Shown: positions 1-6,668 of the stretch, piece by piece
How positions within the stretch are numbered: the stretch's first letter is position 1
Layout: every line of letters begins with the position of its first letter
NCBI GenBank assembly: GCA_964430385.1
Contig: CAYSHJ010000129.1
Location: 58,584 to 82,583 of the forward strand
From: an uncultured Planctomycetaceae bacterium
GTDB lineage: Bacteria; Planctomycetota; Planctomycetia; Planctomycetales; Planctomycetaceae
Length of the DNA: 24,000 nucleotides
Direction: 5' to 3'
Translations under genes and position numbers: made by a program
The notes under the pieces: model-generated
Told to the model about the DNA's origin: nothing
Database searches by the model: none
Seen by the model: the letters and a program-made list of their open reading frames with translations, nothing else

Positions 1-1
1 T

Positions 2-1348
2 AAGAACGAGCCGGAGGTGGTGCCGCTACGTAGCCATCACGCTCCGCGTGATGAGCCGAATGGGAACACGCTCGGTTCGACGGCTGATGCGGTGGAAGGA
101 ATGACGCCGGGAGACGCTCGGCTCGTCACGCGGAGCGTGACGGCTACGTTTGTCGTCGAACTGACGCTCAACGAAGACCGCAACTACAGCATTGTGGCTG
201 AGGCTGAAGACGGGACTTCGTTGCCGGAGAACAAGTACCGCATCCGCGTCCGCGAGGATCAGCCGCCGCAGGTGACGATTGAGTCGCCGGAGGACACGGT
301 CGAAGTTCACACGCTGGCGGAGTTGCTCATGCGTGTTCGGGTGCGCGACGACTACGGACTGTCGAAAGCGGGAGTCGTCTTTCAGATCAACAACGAGCAG
401 GAAGTCCCACTGATCGCTCAGGATTTCGAGACCGTCGTCGCGGCGGTGGATGAAGTGGCTCAGACCGGCAAAGTCTCGCCGACGACACAGGCCGCGCTTG
501 AAAAGGTGCTGCCGCTGGAGGTCTTCGAGCTGACGCAGAAGGACAGCGTGATGTACTTTGCGTTCGCCGAAGACAACCGCCCGGATAAGCCGCAGCGGAC
601 CGAGACCGAGATGCGGTTCATCGACATCCGCCCGTTCAAGCGGACGTACCGAGTCGTCGATCCTGATCCGATGGTCGGCATGAACATGGGCCAAGGTTTG
701 AAGACGCTCGGAGAACTGATCCAGCGGCAACGGTTCGCACTCAACCGGACAATGGTTATTGAAAAACGAGCGAACTCCGGACAAAAGCCGGATGCCACAA
801 CGCTCGATCAACTGATGACGTTTGAGACCGAACTGGCTCAGAACACGCGTGCCCTCGCGGTCGGCTTGGAAGAGCGCGGATTCTCCGATACCGAGCTGTA
901 CTATCAAGCCGAAACGGCGATGCTCGCGGCGGTCGATTCGCTGTCGGTCGGCAAGTGGGAGAACGCGACGTTGCAAATGCGCGACGCGCTGAAGTTTCTC
1001 ATCGAAGCCCGGAACGGCTTTGAATTGACGATCCGAAAGAACCCCGATCCGAGCATGCTGGCAGCGCTGCGGCAATTCGACCGACTCCAGGCTCAGAAGC
1101 TGCGGCGTCCGAAGACGGACAAGGAAGAAGCTCGCGAATTGATCCGCCGGTTGGAGGAATTGATCGGCCAGGAAGCGACTGTTGTGAGCGGATTGGAAGA
1201 GGAGACGGAAGGACCAGGAACCAAGAACCAAGAACCTAAGGAAGAGAAGCCAGACGAGCAGAAGCCAGAGCAGCAGAAATCAGAAGTCAAAGGTGAGGAG
1301 CCAGAAAAATCCGGATCGACAAATGGTTCTCTGGGCAATCCGAATTAG
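2..1348 (+). CDS. 3' portion of a large hypothetical envelope-cluster protein (5' end outside window) with a Lys/Glu/Pro-rich tail
   Basis: The frame is open from nt 2; the GTG at 17 in the ORF track is only the first in-window start. Stop is TAG 1346-1348. Third codon positions are GC-rich. The 401-aa antisense ORF is a GC shadow. No family recognised. Confidence 0.6.
   Translation, partial: KNEPEVVPLRSHHAPRDEPNGNTLGSTADAVEGMTPGDARLVTRSVTATFVVELTLNEDRNYSIVAEAEDGTSLPENKYRIRVREDQPPQVTIESPEDTVEVHTLAELLMRVRVRDDYGLSKAGVVFQINNEQEVPLIAQDFETVVAAVDEVAQTGKVSPTTQAALEKVLPLEVFELTQKDSVMYFAFAEDNRPDKPQRTETEMRFIDIRPFKRTYRVVDPDPMVGMNMGQGLKTLGELIQRQRFALNRTMVIEKRANSGQKPDATTLDQLMTFETELAQNTRALAVGLEERGFSDTELYYQAETAMLAAVDSLSVGKWENATLQMRDALKFLIEARNGFELTIRKNPDPSMLAALRQFDRLQAQKLRRPKTDKEEARELIRRLEELIGQEATVVSGLEEETEGPGTKNQEPKEEKPDEQKPEQQKSEVKGEEPEKSGSTNGSLGNPN
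29..148. repeat. REPIN-like hairpin doublet embedded in frame in a CDS
   Basis: Arm 29-59 is cgtagccatcacgctccgcgtgatgagccga. The reverse complement of arm 118-148 is cgtagccgtcacgctccgcgtgacgagccga, a 29/31 match. Each arm is itself a hairpin (catcacgc-tcc-gcgtgatg). The two differences between arms form a compensatory base pair. The 120-nt span equals 40 codons. Confidence 0.75.
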
Positions 1349-1443
1349 TCGGCTTCAGCCGACTCCCCATTTGCCACCAGCTTTAGCTGGTGGTAGGCGG
1401 GGACAACAGAACTATGTCAGCCGGCTTCAGCCGGCTTGGTGGC
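1347..1443. repeat. Left composite REP flank (three hairpin modules)
   Basis: Modules are agtcggcttcagccgact (1347-1364), ccaccagctttagctggtgg (1374-1393) and tcagccggcttcagccggcttggtggc (1417-1443). The first module overlaps the TAG stop of the upstream CDS. Confidence 0.85.
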
Positions 1444-1504
1444 CGGTCTTTAGACTTCATGTCGTTGACATCAATCACTCAATCAACTTTCCAAGGACAC
1501 AGCG

Positions 1505-1987
1505 ATGTCCAGCCATGTCTACCACGAGATTTATCTGCATCTCAATTGGCATGTGAAGGATGACAAGGCGACGCTGACCCCAGAACTCGAACCCATTGTC
1601 CATCAAATCATCACCGACCGAATTCATCGAACGAACGGAGTTTGGCTACACGGCATCAATGGCACCGAGACTCACATTCACTTCGCCATCAACATTGAGC
1701 CGCAGGTTTGCATCAGCGACTTGGTGAAAGATCTCAAGGGAGGCAGTTCATTCGACACCAACAAGAAACAAGCGAAAGGGACATTGGAGTGGCAGCGCGG
1801 CTATGGTGTGGTCAGTTTTGGAAAGAACAATCTGCCTTGGGTTTTGGAGTACATCGCGAAACAGAAAGAGCACCATGCCGCTGGCAAGGCGATTGATCGA
1901 ATGGAAAAGTGCGATGTGGATGAGGAAGCCGTAACTACTCCGACTCAAACTCCAACAAACAAAGTATCTCCAGCAAATGAAGTCTGA
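1505..1987 (+). CDS. IS200/IS605-family Y1 (HUH) transposase, RAYT-like
   Basis: 160 aa. It carries an HUH motif (ETHIHFAI). The C-terminal stretch WQRGYGVVSF...VLEYIAKQKEHH contains the catalytic-Tyr motif typical of COG1943/Y1_Tnp proteins. The N-terminal IYLHLNWHVKD strand fits the family. Confidence 0.85.
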   Translation: MSSHVYHEIYLHLNWHVKDDKATLTPELEPIVHQIITDRIHRTNGVWLHGINGTETHIHFAINIEPQVCISDLVKDLKGGSSFDTNKKQAKGTLEWQRGYGVVSFGKNNLPWVLEYIAKQKEHHAAGKAIDRMEKCDVDEEAVTTPTQTPTNKVSPANEV

Positions 1988-1993
1988 AGACCT

Positions 1994-2089
1994 GCCACCA
2001 AGCCGGCTGAAGCCGGCTGATTGGGTTTTCAATCCTGCGTCTCCACCAGCTAAAGCTGGTGGCAAATGGGGAGTCGGCTGAAGCCGACT
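1994..2089. repeat. Right composite REP flank (inverted copy of left flank)
   Basis: Modules are gccaccaagccggctgaagccggctga (1994-2020), ccaccagctaaagctggtgg (2043-2062) and agtcggctgaagccgact (2072-2089). These are exact reverse complements of the left modules. Only the spacer between the inner and middle modules differs. Confidence 0.85.
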
Positions 2090-2127
2090 GATTAAGCAAG
2101 AACCGCCGACTCCTGGGAGATCGAAAG

Positions 2128-3981
2128 ATGAAAAAACTCGCTCAGACACTTCTCGCATTGGCAGTCATTCAAAGCGGGCTGGCTACAGCTCAGCAAACAT
2201 CGTCGGACTCACCCGAGGCGGCGGCTCCCACCAAGCCGACTCGCGCGGAGTTGAAGGACAAGCAGCTTGATGTGTCGCTCGAAGCGCGGGACATCGAGCG
2301 GGTGTTGGGCAAGCTCAAGAAGGCGTCGGATCTCGCGAAGGAGCGGATTACCGAGGCGGCCAAGACGGCGGAGTCGGCATCGACGTCGCTGGAAAAGGGG
2401 GACTCGAAGGCCGCGCGGGCGGAGGCTCAACTGACGAACGAGAAGTTCAAAGAGATCGTTCAGCAACTGGAGGCGTTGCTGAAGGAAGAGACTCCGCAAC
2501 GGATCGCCGAGGCGCGGCAGTTGGCTCAGAAACTGGCGAAGGCCGAGCGGCAGTTCGCCGAGACGTTTCAGGGGATGCTGAACCCGGTCCAGGCGGGCGG
2601 GAAGGGAAAGGTCGATCCTCGTTCGCAGGTCAAGCCGATGCCCAACCCCGATATGAAGGGCAAGGGAGGTCAGAACGGCGGCGGCGGTGGTGGGAAGACG
2701 GGGGAGAAAAAAGAGGGAGAGCAGAACTCGGAGAAGAAGGACGCTGAAGGCAAGACCGGTGAGAAGAAAGAGCCGGGCGAAAAGGGTCCGAACGACAAGC
2801 CGATGACGAACGGCCAGGGAGGCAAGTCTGAGGAGAAGAACAAAGACGGAACCGGTGGTAAACCGGAAGGAGAGAAAGATGCCGGCAAGGATGCTGAGAA
2901 GAAAACGGGGGAGGGTGGCGGCAAGGATCCCCAAGGGAAGCCGACCGGTGCTGGCGCGGGCGAGAACAAAGACGAACCGAAACCCGGCGACGAACCGAAG
3001 TCTGAAGGGGGCGGCGCTGGCTCGAAGAACGAGAAAGACACGAAGCCCGGTGAAGAGGCTGACGGCACCGGCGGTGACAAACCGAACGACAAGAAACGGG
3101 ACGGTTCCGGAGGCGACTCGGACAAGGATCCGATGAACGACAAGGATCGCAACGGCGGAGGGGGCCTCGCGGGGATGACGGCCGAGCAGCGGCGCGAAAT
3201 GGTCGCGAATCGCGCGGAGCAGTTGGCCGAGTCGGGCAAGACGTTGCAGGATGTGCTCAACGAGATCGCGAAATCGACTGAACCGGGTGACAAAGAGGCG
3301 GTCGCCAAGATCCAGGAAATCCTCAAGGAAATCGACATCAACAAGATGGTCGCGGAGATGGGTCAGGTCGCCAACATGATCCGCTCCAACAAAGACGACG
3401 ACGCGAAGCTGTCGAGTATCGATTTCGCCGAGCGTTTGGAGATCATGGCTCAGCGATTGGACGGGGCGTATCGCACGATCGTCGCTCCGCAGGCGGAAGA
3501 GTTGCGGAAGGTCGAAGCAGCGCTGGCCGAGCTTCGCGATCAGCTTGAGAAACTCGAAACGCCTTCGCAAGTCGCTGCGTGGCATCGCGAAGTTCGCGAT
3601 CTGTTGGACAAGCTCGAAAAGCTCGGCGTCAGCCCGAAGGATCGCGAGTTCCTCGAAAAGGAAATGCAGAAGGCGGGCTTCGGACTGGATGTCGATCGGA
3701 CCAAACGGGGAGTGAATTGGAATCTGGTCGGCAGCTACTACGCCGCACCGCTGACGTACAACTCCGCCTTGCTGCACTTGCAGGAAGACATCCAAGAGCG
3801 CATCCAAACGCTGATCCTCGGCGATCTGGGGAATGCGTCGGATGAAGCGACACCGCCGAAGTATCAGGAGTTGGTCGACCGGTACTACGAGGTGTTGTCT
3901 CGCAGCGGGAAGCCCGGCCCGGCCGGGAAAGCGGCTCCGGCCGGAAAACCTGAGATGCGAAAGTCGAAAGCGAGCAAATGA
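2128..3981 (+). CDS. Secreted coiled-coil protein with a long Gly/Lys/Glu/Asp-rich disordered centre
   Basis: 617 aa. GGGAG lies upstream of the ATG. Signal-like N-terminus is MKKLAQTLLALAVIQSGLATAQQ. Both ends are heptad-like and Ala/Glu/Lys/Leu-rich. The stop overlaps the next start (ATGA at 3978-3981). Confidence 0.75.
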   Translation: MKKLAQTLLALAVIQSGLATAQQTSSDSPEAAAPTKPTRAELKDKQLDVSLEARDIERVLGKLKKASDLAKERITEAAKTAESASTSLEKGDSKAARAEAQLTNEKFKEIVQQLEALLKEETPQRIAEARQLAQKLAKAERQFAETFQGMLNPVQAGGKGKVDPRSQVKPMPNPDMKGKGGQNGGGGGGKTGEKKEGEQNSEKKDAEGKTGEKKEPGEKGPNDKPMTNGQGGKSEEKNKDGTGGKPEGEKDAGKDAEKKTGEGGGKDPQGKPTGAGAGENKDEPKPGDEPKSEGGGAGSKNEKDTKPGEEADGTGGDKPNDKKRDGSGGDSDKDPMNDKDRNGGGGLAGMTAEQRREMVANRAEQLAESGKTLQDVLNEIAKSTEPGDKEAVAKIQEILKEIDINKMVAEMGQVANMIRSNKDDDAKLSSIDFAERLEIMAQRLDGAYRTIVAPQAEELRKVEAALAELRDQLEKLETPSQVAAWHREVRDLLDKLEKLGVSPKDREFLEKEMQKAGFGLDVDRTKRGVNWNLVGSYYAAPLTYNSALLHLQEDIQERIQTLILGDLGNASDEATPPKYQELVDRYYEVLSRSGKPGPAGKAAPAGKPEMRKSKASK

Positions 3982-4814
3982 TCGAACGCTTCAAACGGTT
4001 CGGGATTCGGTTTGTGTTTGCCTGGCTGTGCTGCGGACTGTTGAGTCCGGTTGCATTTGCCGAGGACGAAGCCGAGGTATCGCGCGAGTTGGCTCAACTG
4101 CGCAAGCGGCTGGACGACGCGGTCCGCGAGTTTCAACTGACGGTCGAACGCGACCAGACGGTGACTGATCTGTCGCCGATCCCGGTACTCCGCTGGGACA
4201 GTAACCAGCGCGGCACGCTGGCAGGGGTGACGACGTTATTCATCGACGCGGGGCGGCCGGAGGCGGTCTGTTGCACCTACATCTTCGACAAAAAGCTGAC
4301 GCACGAGTTCACATCGTTGTCGCGAGGCAAGCTGCAAGCTCGGTTGGGCGACGCGGTCGTTTGGGAGCCGAACGAATCGGGTGTGAAGTTTCGGCCGATC
4401 CCGGCGGCCGATGCTCCTGCCGAGAATCCTGCCGGTCGCTTGCGACAGATGAAGGCGCTGTCCAATCGGTTTGAGTCGAAGCTGCTCGGCTGGGGCGCGG
4501 CGAATCCGATTCGCGAAGAGTTGCGGCTATTGCCTCGACCAATCTACCGCTACGAAAAGCTCCCCACCGGCGCGATCATTGATGGAGCCGTATTTGCCTT
4601 TGTCACCGGAGTCGATCCTGAAACGCTGCTGCTGATCGAAGCGGTCTCTGCGGATGGGAAGTCTCACTGGGAATACTCGTTCGCGCGACGCACATCGGGC
4701 GAGTTGGAAGGTCGGCTCGACAAGCAGCTCGTTTGGTCAGCTCCGCCGTTCCCCGTCATGACCGAACGAATCCGTCCTGATCGAATATTTAAGCAGGCTT
4801 TGAAATCGGACTGA
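3978..4814 (+). CDS. Array copy 1 of an unrecognised ~280-aa secreted two-repeat protein family
   Basis: 278 aa. Signal-like N-terminus ends ..PVAFA|EDE. Family motifs present: PVLRW, GRPEAV, RLRQMKALSNRF, ELRLLPRPIYRY, DGAVFAFVTGVDPETLLLIEA, WEYSFARR. Confidence 0.85.
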   Translation: MIERFKRFGIRFVFAWLCCGLLSPVAFAEDEAEVSRELAQLRKRLDDAVREFQLTVERDQTVTDLSPIPVLRWDSNQRGTLAGVTTLFIDAGRPEAVCCTYIFDKKLTHEFTSLSRGKLQARLGDAVVWEPNESGVKFRPIPAADAPAENPAGRLRQMKALSNRFESKLLGWGAANPIREELRLLPRPIYRYEKLPTGAIIDGAVFAFVTGVDPETLLLIEAVSADGKSHWEYSFARRTSGELEGRLDKQLVWSAPPFPVMTERIRPDRIFKQALKSD

Positions 4815-4824
4815 CAAGCCGACA

Positions 4825-4833
4825 CCCCCCCCC
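4825..4833. repeat. Poly-C(9) homopolymer in the intergenic region upstream of copy 2
   Basis: Nine consecutive C residues, counted directly. The tract starts 11 nt after the copy-1 stop and ends 64 nt before ATG 4897. Confidence 0.9.
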
Positions 4834-4896
4834 AACGCCGCGAGCATCTCCGACCACGTTCGAGTTGTCCGACAACAATTGACGCCTGGAAACACC

Positions 4897-5736
4897 ATGA
4901 CCCCCGTTTTGATCTTGTTGATCGCATCGCTCGGACAAGTTTCTGATCGGGTCAATCCGGATCAAGAGAACTCGTCCGATCGCGCGGAACGGCTGGTGTT
5001 TCTCACGGAGCGGGCGGAAGAGTATCAGCTCTTCGTACACGAGGACCGAGCAGTTCGCATGACGTCGCAGCCGGTGTTTCGCTGGAGTCATCCGGTGGCG
5101 AAGCTTGAAGACGCGGCCCTGTTTCTGTGGATGGATGAAGGCCGACCGGTCGCGCTCGGCACAACGATCCTGCACGCTGAGCTGGGGCTGTTCACCGAAC
5201 TGCAATCGGTGACTTCGCAAAGTCTGAGGGCCATCAAGAACAAGGAAACGGTTTGGGAACCTGTCGGCAAGGGGTGTCAGTTCTCTCCGGTCCCCAAGGG
5301 ACCGAAACCCGCCGAGACCGCGGCCGAGCGACTGACTCAGATGAAAGCGATCGCTCGCCGTTTCGAGGCACAGCTCACGAAGGCTCCGCCGTTTTATTCC
5401 GAAGGTTCGACGTGGCAGTTGCGGCTGCTGCCGAAACAACTGGCTCGCTACGGCAGCCCGAAGGAGCCTTCCTTTGATGGAGCGATCTTCGTGTTCTGTC
5501 ACGACACCGATCCGGAATTGATCCTGCTCTTGGAAGCCAGCGGCGAGGCGAATGAGGGCGCTTGGTTTTTTGCGTTCGCTCCGCTGACCGGTTGGGAAGC
5601 GAAAGTGAAATGCGATGAGAAAGTCGTCTGGTCGCAACCGCGTCTGCAATCCGTGAATGATCCCAAACTTCCCTACATCAAGTTCGGTCCGTACCCGGTC
5701 ACGACGAAGACGCGATCGCAGGAGGAATCGAAATGA
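4897..5736 (+). CDS. Array copy 2 of the family
   Basis: ATG 4897 is preferred over the TTG 4879 in the ORF track. Motifs: PVFRWSHP, GRPVAL, RLTQMKAIARRF, LRLLPKQLARY, DGAIFVFCHDTDPELILLLEA. The N-terminal signal (MTPVLILLIASLG) is weak. Confidence 0.8.
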   Translation: MTPVLILLIASLGQVSDRVNPDQENSSDRAERLVFLTERAEEYQLFVHEDRAVRMTSQPVFRWSHPVAKLEDAALFLWMDEGRPVALGTTILHAELGLFTELQSVTSQSLRAIKNKETVWEPVGKGCQFSPVPKGPKPAETAAERLTQMKAIARRFEAQLTKAPPFYSEGSTWQLRLLPKQLARYGSPKEPSFDGAIFVFCHDTDPELILLLEASGEANEGAWFFAFAPLTGWEAKVKCDEKVVWSQPRLQSVNDPKLPYIKFGPYPVTTKTRSQEESK

Positions 5737-6572
5737 AGAATCTGCTTCGCGGAGGAATCGGACTGATCTTGGCCGTAACGGTCGGTGTCGCTCTGAGCGA
5801 TGAGAAAGCCGACGAAGCCTATCGCGCCTCGCAGCTCCATCGCATGAAGAGCATCGCCGAGAAATTTGAAGTCGAGACCGCGTGGGAGTCGAAGCCGGTG
5901 GCGGCCAAGCTCAAGTCGAATCCGCTGTTGAAATACAACGATTCAACGCGGCGGAATCATGAATCGACGCTGTGGCTGTGGACCGAACGTGAGCTTCCCA
6001 GTGCGTTGATGGCGGTCGAGTTCTATCCGAACGACCCACGTGGTCCGCGCTGGCTGTTTGAGATTGTCTCGCTGTCGAACTCCAAAATCGGCGTAGCTCG
6101 CGGCGGAGATTGGAAGTGGCAGGCCAAACAACCGGGAGTGATCCGGAAACCTGTTCCCGGAGACTTGAAGCCGGCCGATAAGCCGGCGCTGCGGCTCTCG
6201 CAGGCTCGGCAGATTCGCCAGCGGTTCGCGGCTCACGAGAAAGAGGGCACCGTCGGTCGGATCGAATTGCGGCCGTTGTCCACTCCTCTGTATCGCTACG
6301 CCGACGAAGCCACCGGCGTGATCGACGGAGCGATCTTCGCCTTCGCAAACGGGACGAACCCGGAAGTGTTGTTGTTGCTGGAGGCTCAACGTGACGCCGC
6401 GACGAAGCAAGACATCTGGACTTACGGTTTCGCTCAGATGACCGGTGCCGAGGTCTATGCCAGCCTCGACGAGCGCGAAGTCTGGAGTCAAAAGGAGGCC
6501 GATCCTCCTGCGATTCGAGAGTCGTATGTGAATGGTTGGCTGAAGAACGAAGTGGCGGAGCCGCGAAAGTAG
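5733..6572 (+). CDS. Array copy 3 of the family
   Basis: 279 aa. The start overlaps the copy-2 stop (ATGA). Signal-like N-terminus is ..VGVALS|DEK. Motifs: PLLKY, RLSQARQIRQRF, ELRPLSTPLYRY, DGAIFAFANGTNPEVLLLLEA, WTYGFAQMT. Confidence 0.85.
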   Translation: MKNLLRGGIGLILAVTVGVALSDEKADEAYRASQLHRMKSIAEKFEVETAWESKPVAAKLKSNPLLKYNDSTRRNHESTLWLWTERELPSALMAVEFYPNDPRGPRWLFEIVSLSNSKIGVARGGDWKWQAKQPGVIRKPVPGDLKPADKPALRLSQARQIRQRFAAHEKEGTVGRIELRPLSTPLYRYADEATGVIDGAIFAFANGTNPEVLLLLEAQRDAATKQDIWTYGFAQMTGAEVYASLDEREVWSQKEADPPAIRESYVNGWLKNEVAEPRK

Positions 6573-6663
6573 GTTGGGACTCCGTCCCGACATTCGTTGA
6601 GGAAGGATCGCGGCGGGTTCTGAGCAAATGATGAGGAACGGTCGGGACGGAGTCCCAACCTAC
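6569..6663. repeat. Perfect 23-bp inverted repeat with 49-nt spacer (REPIN-like) between copy 3 and the vWA gene
   Basis: gtaggttgggactccgtcccgac (6569-6591) is the exact reverse complement of gtcgggacggagtcccaacctac (6641-6663). Each arm contains a gggac-tcc-gtccc mini-hairpin. CGAAAG occurs on both sides (6564-6569 and 6663-6668). Confidence 0.85.
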
Positions 6664-6668
6664 GAAAG

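Larger units (their letters stand above)
1347..2089 (+). mobile_element. Y1-transposase cassette (IS200/RAYT-like gene bracketed by composite inverted REP modules)
   Basis: The left flank 1347-1443 and right flank 1994-2089 are reverse complements of each other, module by module. They enclose a 160-aa HUH/Y1 transposase ORF. Confidence 0.8.

Noticed and set aside
26-1231. 401-aa ORF on the minus strand
   Set aside because: It runs antisense to a longer + strand ORF with better codon bias. Its Arg/Leu/Ser-rich composition is typical of GC-rich shadow frames. Part of its apparent conservation only reflects the palindromic element at 29-148.
1293-2158. Small ORFs 1293-1556 (+) and 1748-2158 (-), both containing SRLQPTPHLPPALAGG
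   Set aside because: The shared peptide is just the translation of the inverted REP modules flanking the transposase, not a gene.
2209-3807. 532-aa and 224-aa minus-strand ORFs opposite the coiled-coil gene
   Set aside because: They are generated by the low-complexity GA-rich coding strand. They have no start context and a Leu/Arg/Phe-rich nonsense composition.
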